Assembly (NCBI GenBank): GCA_963924565.1 | Contig: OZ004614.1 | Location: forward strand, 10,788,001-10,852,000 | Reading direction: 5' to 3' | DNA: 64,000 bases | From: Ascidiella aspersa | Lineage: Eukaryota | Shown here: positions 54,066-64,000 of the stretch, piece by piece | How the letters are laid out: the number at the start of each line of letters is the position of its first letter | Numbering within the stretch: position 1 is the first letter of the stretch | Translations under genes and position numbers: made by a program | Notes under the pieces: model-generated | Seen by the model: the letters and a program-made list of their open reading frames with translations, nothing else | Told to the model about the DNA's origin: nothing | Databases searched by the model: none

Positions 54066-55469
54066 CTGTGCTTCTCAACCTTTTTAGCATACGGACTGCT
54101 AAAATTTCAAAACAAGTTTTGCGGACCGGTGGACCTTCAAAAATAAAAATCAACCCAAAATTTAATAACGCAAAGTATGCAACTAAAACACTTTTTAGCT
54201 TTAACATAGAACTGGTCTCAGGGCTGCCACTCTAAATTTTCATTTTTACCTACCACACATGCAAGTTTTACCCTACGTTTTCCCTACGCTATGGCGGGGT
54301 GATCTAGGGGCTCTATTGACGTACGTAGACTAAAAAACAAAATAGGAAGAGGCAATTTGCCTGGCAACCTGTTGCCGTACTTCAAATTTTGAAGTTATTT
54401 TTTTAATTTTCTATTTTTAGAAAAATGAGCCGGCCCAACGAACTTTAAAATTTGCACGACTGTAAACGACTTAAGCAATAAATCGTGAGGCAATTTTGCA
54501 GATCCGGTTACAGTAGTGCGAAGTTCGGTAAACAGGCGAGCCGGGCAAATAGCCTGTTTCAACAAATAGGAAATAGACAAAAAACAGTAAAAATGATGCG
54601 GAATGACGGATATTTGCTACGACATTTTGATAGGAGTAAATTTATCCAAAAAACATGAAGCCCAAAAACAATCTCGGCACGCCAAGTTCGCCCAAGTTGA
54701 AACGGGGTTCCAGTTGGGCTGGATTATATTCTCAAATTGCTGTTAGGGCGCTTAATGTTTGGGTGAGGATGTGTTAAATTTTAACATTTAATAATATTGC
54801 TTAACCTAACCGAACCCAAACGCTAACCCGCACCCTAACCCAAATAATATTCCTTGTGGTAGGATTTCAGACGGGTGTCACCATTGCTATTTAAAAAGGG
54901 TAAAAACGCATAATATCATTAACCTGTATGATAAAATTTTAAATAAGTCGTCCTAAAAAATAGAAAAATCTTAAATTTAAAACAAATAACAAGTTGTATA
55001 ATTTAATAGTAGGCCTACTTGGTAAATAACTCCATTGCAAGTGTCTGATCCCCATAATTTTCTTTTTTACCAAAGCACACTACTTTTCCCTACAAAGTAC
55101 AATTTATCCCGTAGGTATTCCCTACTCCCTACTTTAGGCGATAATACCCTACCATAGGGTAATATCCCTACGAATGGCAGCCTTGACTGGTCTTAAAGTT
55201 TAGGACATAAACGAGTTGAAGCCTACTTTTAAACAGTTGGCAAAACACTTGCAGCATTTTGACGTACGATAAAGTCTGAAGTAGACCATTAACTCTATGC
55301 GTGCCAATGCTGCAAATTACGGAGCTGGCGAAGTTCTAAATTTGATGGATTAGCCTTCAACATCTTAAATTTTGCAATTGAGATATCAAATTGTGATATA
55401 TTTGGCGGACCGGCAGGAAAGCTGACGCGGACCGGTACCGGTCCGCGGACCGGCGGTTGAGAACCACTG
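54066..55469. mobile_element. hAT (Buster-like) MITE hosting a nested element
   Basis: TIR ctgtgcttctcaacc/ggttgagaaccactg; TSD ctctacaa/ctctagaa (7/8); GCGGACCGG subterminal repeats at both ends. Confidence 0.75.
54219..55185. mobile_element. Nested hAT-type non-autonomous element
   Basis: TIR cagggctgccactc/gaatggcagccttg, perfect TSD ACTGGTCT and CCCTAC subterminal repeats. Confidence 0.85.
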
Positions 55470-58400
55470 CTCTAGAACCCTATCACAAACACCAAGGCTA
55501 AAATTAAACCGTACAGTATACACCGATCTAAGGTATATAACAAATGTTGCTAAATAACCGTTGCCTAAAAATTGGCTTAATAAGCAGGATACAATGTAGA
55601 GACTCTGTCTATGTCTAGCATTCACGCGCTGTATATGACGACATCAAGCTACAAAAATATTGTTTCACACTTAGCCGGAAATCTCATTTCCATAACACAG
55701 TGTCTCGGGCAAGCGATTTAACGCAGAAGATTGGCGTGCGTTTTTTTTAGATTCTCCTGTCAGTGCAAACGAATAAACCTGCAAAACACATTTCTGCAAG
55801 CGCATCAAACTAAAAGATAATTTCTCAATGCGCCACATACGCGCGAATACACTCACAAGTATACCAACATAGCACCTGAATCCTCTGGCCAATCTAAATA
55901 AAGTGCGTTTGATTACGACGCACGCGGCTTTACTTTGTATGGAGTCTGTTTTAAAAGCGCAATGTTTAAAAACAAAGCATGACCATGTGTTTAAACGACT
56001 AGATCTGCTTTGGTTGTAGACAGGCGCGCGTTAGGTGACATAAAAAACGGCGGGAAGCGCATTATCTTTGCGTTTACTCGAAACGAAATCAAATTGATGA
56101 ATAACCTAAAACTCGAAACCGAACCGCAAACGTCGTCTGAGTGAGCGGCGTGACCGTGGAACGCCGATGCTGTTTCCCACAACATTAAGTATTGTCAGAA
56201 AGACATCAATAAGTAATGGCTTGTTGGCCGCCTGAACGGCATTGACGTGATGGTCATCGCGGCTCCACACTGCTTTTGCGCCGCAAAATTAACGCTAATT
56301 AAGTAGGCGGTCCGTGCCTCGCCCGACCCGGTGTATATCTAATGGTGAGTATCCTGTCGTGGCAAATAGTGACAACTGACATAGGGCCGTTTGGGACTTG
56401 TGCACGAGTACCCCGGCGTTCGGCCAGTCGGTCCGGAATCGACCGTGTCCCGATGTTTGTGGTATGCTGACGAAATTAGTAGTCAAATATCGCGCGGCAG
56501 AAGATACGTGAAGTAAATAAGCCGTGAAAAGGCAAAACATTCATTAAACTTGCCAAACGTCATTTGCTTTATTTTTAGTGTCTAACTTCTAAGTGTTAAA
56601 CACGCCAACGTCTCGGTGATTCACCTATACAGAAAACCAAACACTGTCGACAAAAGGAACTATACTTCATGGGTATTTGTGGCTCGTGAATGTGCTTAAC
56701 GATCCTTGGTACAAGAGGCTCCTAAAATACAGTATGTCACGACTACAAAGTTCAATAGTGTTTATTTGCGATACTGAAACGACTTTTTAGTTATTTTCTA
56801 CAAACTAATGGTGTAACTTTACGTTGGTTTTAAACCATTTTACCTTGCGTCAACGACTATGTCTGGGTCCTTTTGTTTTTGTTGATTTTGGTACATCTAG
56901 CAAAAACTGAAACACGGGTCATTTATTGATCTACAAAAAACACACTAAACTTTCGTTTGTAAATTACGATTTCTATTCTTGGCTAGTTCTCATTCTGGCT
57001 GGGCTGGTGTATAGACTACTTTACTGCAAAAACGTTTAACCGCGGAGTTAGTTAGATGGAATGACAAGGAACGATATCGTATGATCATTACTTGTTTATC
57101 CTATCGCGTTTTCCATCACTGTGTAACAATCTTGTATTCCGCGGTTTAACCGTTTTACTCGCAGTGGTTGGAGCGACGAATAGCTCCGTTTTGTAAAAAG
57201 ACTTGCTCGTAAACGTTGGCCCGCTTTCAAAATGAACAACAGGATGAGTGATTGAAGGCGGGTTTGCTGTTTTGCTATGGTCTATGAAAAAGCAACAATA
57301 ACTTCAATCTCCTATCACAATGGACAGTAAAGTTCGGAGCATCTTTCGTTAAAGGTTAAACCAACTATACTTAATGATAACTTCAAGATACTGTATGTGC
57401 TAACGGTTGATGTGCTTACGCAGTTGTCTAAATTCCACATTTATCGTTTTTTGATTATGTTTACCACATTAAGGTGCCATTATATAAGAAGAATTTCGAC
57501 TGATAATTTTATCAAGAAACGTATTTCACAGTATGACCTCACGACGCAAGTTTATCAAATTTATAAATGGCGACGTGAGATCTATACTCGGTTAGACAAA
57601 TAAGTCTTAGTTAACTGTTTTTTGTAGCTACATCTGCCCTAACATTGTACGCTTTCTGTTATACTTTTTTTTGACATTATGCAGGTTAAGCCATGACGAT
57701 TAAAGTTTGTCCAAACGAATTATTCTGTGAAAAGTAAATAACTTAGGCTCCACTCGGCTAAAGTCACCTCTGCGTAACAAACAACATTGACCACTTTCCT
57801 TAATTAGTAGTCAAGGGCTTGATGTTGGACAACGAATAGGTCAAAAAATTACTTAATGCGGTCTGAATTATTACAAATATAAATACAGTATTACTCAAAA
57901 AGATTAGATCTATTAATAAGTTAATAAATCCGTTTTCTTGTTTAGTTCAACGTGATAGATTACTTAACGCGGAGAAGTGATGGCCAAAAAACCTTTTAGT
58001 GTGACCCTTGTCGAATTGAAACTTCTCGGTGGGAGTAATCATGCGTGACGAGACTTTGTTCCAAGCACGTGCGAGCCGCGCTGTCGCGTCATGTTTGTGT
58101 TAAATCGCCACCCCTTAAATTTTTAGCGGTTTTCACTAAAAGGATTTTACCTTTCTGTGTGTTTCCAATTTTCGCAAGCCACAAGAAGGATTTGCGAACA
58201 GAAGGGCGTAAAATAAAATAAGTACGAACAAAACTATTTGTCATAATAAAAATAAGTTCTTCTGGTATATATTAGTTAAACCAACGTATCAACTTACTAT
58301 TCGGAAAGCCTTCTTTAGGGAATGACACACATGGCCAGCAGAGCGCAAAATAAACTATTTGTCATTTGTATTTTATAAATTTAGCGCCAGGTATACGGCA

Positions 58401-59635
58401 ACGAGAAATGTAAACATATGGTTCGTTAGGAAGGGATTTTCTTATCTGTGCAAAGTTTTTTTTGTTTTTGAAATCTCGAAGCAAAGATTGAGTTAGAAAT
58501 AACGTAATTTCTCCCTAAATTATCCCCGTTATAGAGGTGTCATATGGTGTATTTTACATTGAAAAGTAATAAATTGTTTTTGCTTTTATTAGGGCGTGAG
58601 CTCAATTAACGAATTTCTCTCCTGATTATTTAAATGTTAAGGTAAAATGTAAGGTTTTGGGCAGCTACAAAGTTTAAGACTCTTATGACATGAAGCCGTT
58701 GGTTGGCCAGTGCATAAAGCTGAGTGTTTGATCCGTTAAAATGGGACTCTGGTGATAAAATGAGTTAGGGCTGTGCTGCACATAAACGAACAATAAGTTG
58801 ATGCCGCAGCAGTCCAGGATCCACCAAAACACTAACCCTAAAACTTGCTTTCAGATTACAGTTAAACAGGCCTTTTGGGGAAGATTAATTACTTAAAATG
58901 TAATTGGCATATTTGCTTGTTTTTAATTGTATTACTCGGTTTTACGGCAATATATTAAACAAAAATCCTTGATCTGTTTGCAAACACCTGGTTAGTGGTT
59001 AACACTTTTACTCGCTTTCACTGTTTGCGATAAATAATTCAATAATAAATAATAATCCTTCAAGGCTACATGTAATATATATGTAGAGAGAGTAGAACCA
59101 ATTTTATTGGTATGTAAATTATTCTACTAAAACATAGTATCGGGTAACTAACAGAAAACAACTCTGCCTCTGTATAATAGGGCCGTTAATAAAATCTGTC
59201 TGTTGGTGGGGTGCCATTCAACCATATTCAAAACTTTGTATATAAATTTCAACTTGAGTAAACTCCAGGCCAGTATAAACAAACAAAGCGTTTGTTTTAA
59301 GAGCAGTAATGTCGTTCGGTAAAATTAAGTATATGCTAAGTAAAAGCGTGCCCTACAACCTTGTCAACACGAACGCCACTAGTACAGTGACACAAAGATT
59401 GCAAATTTATCGACCCGAACGCTCTATTATGTTATCTGTTTGTTTTGATTTTCGCCTCTAATAGTGAAACCTAATAATCACCGCGGTCAGGCTGAGCGCA
59501 AAAATGATAAAGGAGTCGCGTATGACATCTGGCGCATTTTGTGGAACGTCTTCATCATCTCGGGTCGCGTTACTCATATCCGCATTTGTGACGTCAGCAT
59601 ACGATGCACTTATTTATTTTTGTCGTTGCTGGGGC

Positions 59636-60052
59636 CAGTGGCGTAGCCAGCCGATTTTTTTTTTTTTTTGGGGGGGGGGCAAAAAGTTGGAATTTTTTGT
59701 TTAGGTTTTGTCATTGTGTTAACTGCCGTAACGAACACAATAACAATGTGAGCAAACCGTTTCGAGCAGCAACTGACTGAATGTTAACGCAATACTCAAA
59801 AAACAGTCAAAGAGCAAAAACTGTCTAAAAGTAGTAAAACTACATTATTGTATTGCAAACGTTATATTAACTACATCGTTTGTGACGTAACAATGTATGA
59901 CAACTGAAGGTGTGGCATGCCTGTGATCGACTGTTGTGGTACTTCTCATATATGCTAAAAAAAACAAGCTATTAAGAGTAAAATAATTATAAATCTTGGG
60001 GGGGGGCATGGCCCCTCAGTCACCCCTCCACCCTCCCCCGGCTACGCCTATG
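59636..60052 (+). mobile_element. MITE (CAGTGGCGTAGCC family), copy 2
   Basis: Same ends and interior as 12901-13263; TSD gctggggc/gctgaggt (6/8). Confidence 0.8.
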
Positions 60053-60870
60053 GCTGAGGTTATGCGTGATTGTTTAAAGTCGAAGCGTTTGGCTTGAAAT
60101 GTTACAAAATGTTTTGCTAAAGACAGACGTGTAGAAAAAGGCCCCACACGATTTACGACGCCTTTGGTCTTGTAAAAACAAGTCCTGTGACTTTTCTGGA
60201 AATCGTCAAGTTGGCCTCACTAAAGCAAACAGTTCGTGCAGGAATGTGACCCGAATGCGCATCGTTGTGTTTTTCTATTAGCAAAAAAAATTTCTAAAAA
60301 AAATAAAAAAAAAATGCAACTATTCAAGAAAACAATTTCCCAGAGAAAAGAAAGGTGAGGGTTTTTAGCACTCGATATTTCAGGAATATCTCAATCCAAA
60401 ACGTATTCAATAACACTGCCTTGGATTTTAGCCAAGAGTTTTTTCACCGCTGATTGCTTGCATTGAACCAAATTACCGACGTAGACCAACGCAATACTCC
60501 TTTATCAGTAAAAAAATTATATTAACCCTAAGGGTATAAATTTCGTAACGTTACAATGTAGTTCGATTAAAGCTTTAGTTAATATCCCCGTGGCAAAACT
60601 TGACGCATAACAAAGACTAAATTTCTTTAAAAAATTATGTTTCGGTAACGTCATTAGAATATCCTTAAAATTTGTCTTTGGTAAAATTATCTTAGTTTCT
60701 AAGGAGAAATGTAATTAATAACAAAAATAACAAATGTTATTTCATTTCATGCCAAAAGGCCTTGTTTAATACTTGCAATGCTTTAGGCCTACGTGTTCAA
60801 GAATTTGAGAAAGGTTATATATACCTATTTAAAAATGTTTTCCACATATGGCTTAAAATGAGTAATAGAT

Positions 60871-61087
60871 ATATAAACTGTTGCTACCAGGCATGGTAAT
60901 ATAAATCAAAGAACAGCTCTCTGGTAAGTGTAATTGTTAACCAACGTTTTCTGCTTTTTTCCTTTTTTTCCTTTCCATTTATTGTACGAGCGTTCAGTGT
61001 CAATCACCCTGACGAAGGCGGCTTGTATAGGTTGCCGAAACGTTGGTTAACAATTACACTTACCAGAGGAGCTGTTTTTTGATTTAT
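60871..61087. mobile_element. Penelope-like retroelement terminal fragment with internal inversion and a minimal hammerhead ribozyme core
   Basis: Flanked by 13-bp direct repeats ATGAGTAATAGAT (60858-60870, 61088-61100). The two arms are inverted copies. CTGACGA-helix-GAAACGTT lies at 61009-61044. Confidence 0.7.
61006..61047 (+). ncRNA. Minimal type I hammerhead ribozyme motif
   Basis: ACC-CUGACGA-A-GGCGGCUU(GUAU)AGGUUGCC-GAAA-C-GUU-GGU: conserved core, 8-bp helix II (with G-U pairs), palindromic minimal helix III and 3-bp helix I. Confidence 0.6.
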
Positions 61088-61318
61088 ATGAGTAATAGAT
61101 GATGAGTTTTAAGTACATATCACGTTGTTCAAACTTACATTTATAACCAGTTAACAAACCAGCGCGACACCAACTGGTTAAGAACTTTAGGTAACCATGA
61201 GCAATCAAACGTAATATTTTATATTTTAGAAAACGAAAAAGAGTCATAAACAATCTAAAAACCTCTACAAATTTGTTATCTTCATAATTCGTAACATAAA
61301 TAGTATACTTTTTTTAAG

Positions 61319-61983
61319 CAGTGGTATCTAACCTTTTTGTTCTCGCGACCCCTTTTAATTTTTGATAGCTTGCGCGACCCTCCTAATTAATGTGTATGAT
61401 ACATAAACCAGAGTCAATAAAAAAAACATTTCAAAATTGGCCAATTTCAAATAGGGAAAAAATCTAGGCGGATTGCAAGAAAATTTGGCTGGAAATACGC
61501 ACATCAAGCTAAAGTTAAGGTTTGAGGGATTATTCATTTTTATTATACATATATTTGCGGTTGCTTAGATCAGGTGTTCACTGGGGTCCACGAACCTTGG
61601 GGGTCCGTGAAAGCCTAATTGAAAATTAGTGTATATTTAAAAAGTAATAATTTTATTAAGGAAAACAGTTTAATTAAAAATAAAACGGCTTTGCACTGAA
61701 TGCATTTAGACTCCATTTCACTTTCACATTTTTGGACCGAAACAGAAAATTTATGAAGTCAATTCGTTTTGTGAAGGCAATTTATGACTTCATTTTAGGA
61801 ATGTCGAACAAGTGCGAGCCGCGGTAAAAATGTTAAATAACCCCTGTTAGCTCCTTCTATGCTGCTTACTTTAAGTTCATATTGCTTATTTCTAACGAGG
61901 TTTCCTTTATCAAATACTACACGGCGACCCACCAGACAACCCCTTGCGACCCCTGGGTCGCAACCCCCGGTTGGGAACCACTG
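61319..61983. mobile_element. hAT (Buster-like) MITE
   Basis: TIR cagtggtatctaacc/ggttgggaaccactg; TSD tttttaag/ttttaaag; GCGACCC subterminal repeats. Confidence 0.75.
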
Positions 61984-62767
61984 TTTTAAAGCGAGAGTTA
62001 CTAAAATCATAGGACTGATCGCTAACAACGCCCACTTAGGCGTTGAATTCCAGCAAAAATGACTTTCTTGCCAAAATTTTGAAGCTCGACCGTATGCGGG
62101 CACTGTTCAACTTGGCCTGACACTGATCACTTTATCGCTCTGAGTTTATTAAATCGATAACTCTCGCCGCTCACCCAACCACTTTTGACCGCCATCGTAT
62201 CGCTTTTTCCGTTACAGTTGTTGTTGCTAGTGCTTGATTGTTCCCGCGCAGTAAGCATGTCACACGTCGCGATGCCGACTGTCTCTGCGCCGAACAAAAA
62301 AGCATGTTTTCGAGATTAATCCGATGCTAAAATTCTGGCACCGGGGAATATGTTTTTAAGTTGCCTGAATAGGCTTAAATTTAACAACAATCAACTCGCA
62401 AAGCTGCTAGTACTTATATAAAAGTCTTATCTTACCCTAAATAAGCTTGGTATTCAACAAAAGCGTGCCTTCAGGTGCAGAAATTTGTCCCGTTTTGATC
62501 CTTTAAATTAAAGACAATTCTGGCAGCAACAAAATATCTTTGAGTTACAATGTTTGTAGTTAAATTTGTGCGAATATATCCGCTGACGTCTGTAAACAAA
62601 ACGGCTATAACAATGACTCTTACTAAAGTATAGTTCTCAACTGTGGTCTTGTTTTTCAAAAGTAAAACAAGCTATTTACGCACATTTTAATACTGTCTTT
62701 ACAGCGATACCTTATTAAATTTTGACGCTCAGAAAAAGCTAACGCTTGGGATTTGCGAGGTGCCCCC

Positions 62768-63199
62768 TAGTGTTGTAATTAAGTCATTTCAAAATGACTT
62801 AGGTCCAAGTCTAAGTCATCGGTTGCCCAAGTCAAGTCCCAGTCAAGTCATTATGGGAGCAAGTCAATTTCAAGTCACTTTATTGACATAAAAGTAAACT
62901 GTTAATCGATTAAAATTACTAAACACGTCTGAATGTAAGCAACAATTTAACTAACAAAATAACACAAACGCAATATACAGCAATAAAAGTGTTTAAAGTG
63001 CAAAATTTTAATGAAAAACACTTAATTTAATCCCAAGTAATTTGATAAAATAAGTTAAGTCCAAGTCAAGTCATTTGTCCAAAAGACTTGAGTCAAGTCA
63101 AGTCATTTAGGTTGAAGGACTTAAGTCAAATCAAGTCATTCGAAAACAGTGACTTAAGTGCGCTCAAGTCAAGGTATTACTTGAGTCATTACAACACCG
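62768..63199 (-). mobile_element. hAT-type MITE, third GACTT-family copy
   Basis: Ends tagtgttgtaa...ttacaacaccg; the internal sequence is the reverse complement of 28523-29010. Confidence 0.8.
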
Positions 63200-64000
63200 G
63201 CGCCTACACACTGAAAACATTATAGTTTTGTTGTTCGATGGAAATATTCTAGCCCAGCACATTTTTCTTCATCGTCGGGTTTTGGCGGTTCACGTACACG
63301 TAGCAATCTCACTGCCACAGAAACTTTAAACAGTCCGTTTCGAGCCCTTGTAAACAACACAGGAAACGACAAAAATGCAAGAAGCAGCAGCGCGCGAAAA
63401 CACAACGCTTAAACCAGTCGGTGAATTATCACGCGCCCGTCGCCCTCCCGTCTCAAAGCATCGCAGATCGGCGGGCCGTTGTGTTGACGGAAGGCCTGTT
63501 ATAGTGCACCTGGAGCGCACACCATATCGATCGCGACCGCTAATTGTGAAACGAAAACACTCTCGCCGACTGCGCCCAAAGCCGGCCGTCGGATTTCACC
63601 ACCCGCGACGCCGCCGATGCAATGCAGCGCTGTAGAGCTCCTCCCATGTCGGTGTGTGTCTTTCCGTGCGTCACCTTGGTTGTGTGAAAACAAAGTGACG
63701 GTTTCTTTTTCCTCTCTATATCATCGAGTTGGCATCGCCGTGAAAGAATGTTGAGGGGGGGCTTTGCACATTGTCTGGTACGCGTTGTTATAAGTTCAGG
63801 TTATATTGTTTCGCGGGAAAAGGCAATTCCTTGAATATGTTGACTAATCCCGTTAATTTGTGCACCACTCCATTTAAGCCCTCAACTATAATATTTCCAA
63901 ACAAAGTTCTAGTAGTTATGTTTATTTGTAGCACAACATTTGTCACAACAAAGCCAAGTTTTATTACTGAATTTGCAAAGAAACACACAACGGATATTTT

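Noticed and set aside
63375-63635. 86-aa Arg/Pro-rich ORF
   Set aside because: Typical by-product of GC-rich non-coding DNA; no domain or splice support.

Overview
Eukaryotic, AT-rich, intron-containing DNA with little CpG depletion, probably an invertebrate deuterostome such as an ascidian (inference). Three spliced genes were rebuilt by hand from splice sites and exon phases. (1) An orexin/hypocretin-receptor-family GPCR on the - strand, 8 exons, running off the left edge. (2) A complete HIF1AN/FIH-1 asparaginyl hydroxylase on the + strand, 8 coding exons, about 399 aa, with a 6.8-kb last intron. (3) An uncharacterised 241-aa two-TM protein on the - strand, 5 exons, resembling the PIRT/TMEM100 type. 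The rest is intronic or intergenic, with many hAT-type MITEs (8-bp TSDs, two nested pairs), foldback elements and three Penelope-like fragments carrying minimal hammerhead ribozyme cores. The most notable unexplained signal is ten TACGTGAC (extended HIF/ARNT-type) sites confined to the FIH last intron and 3' flank (22.6-35.4 kb). Four of them are the identical 12-mer TGCCTACGTGAC, and two more HREs lie at the putative FIH promoter. This suggests a hypoxia-driven HIF->FIH feedback locus. All counts and alignments were made by eye; no database searches were run.
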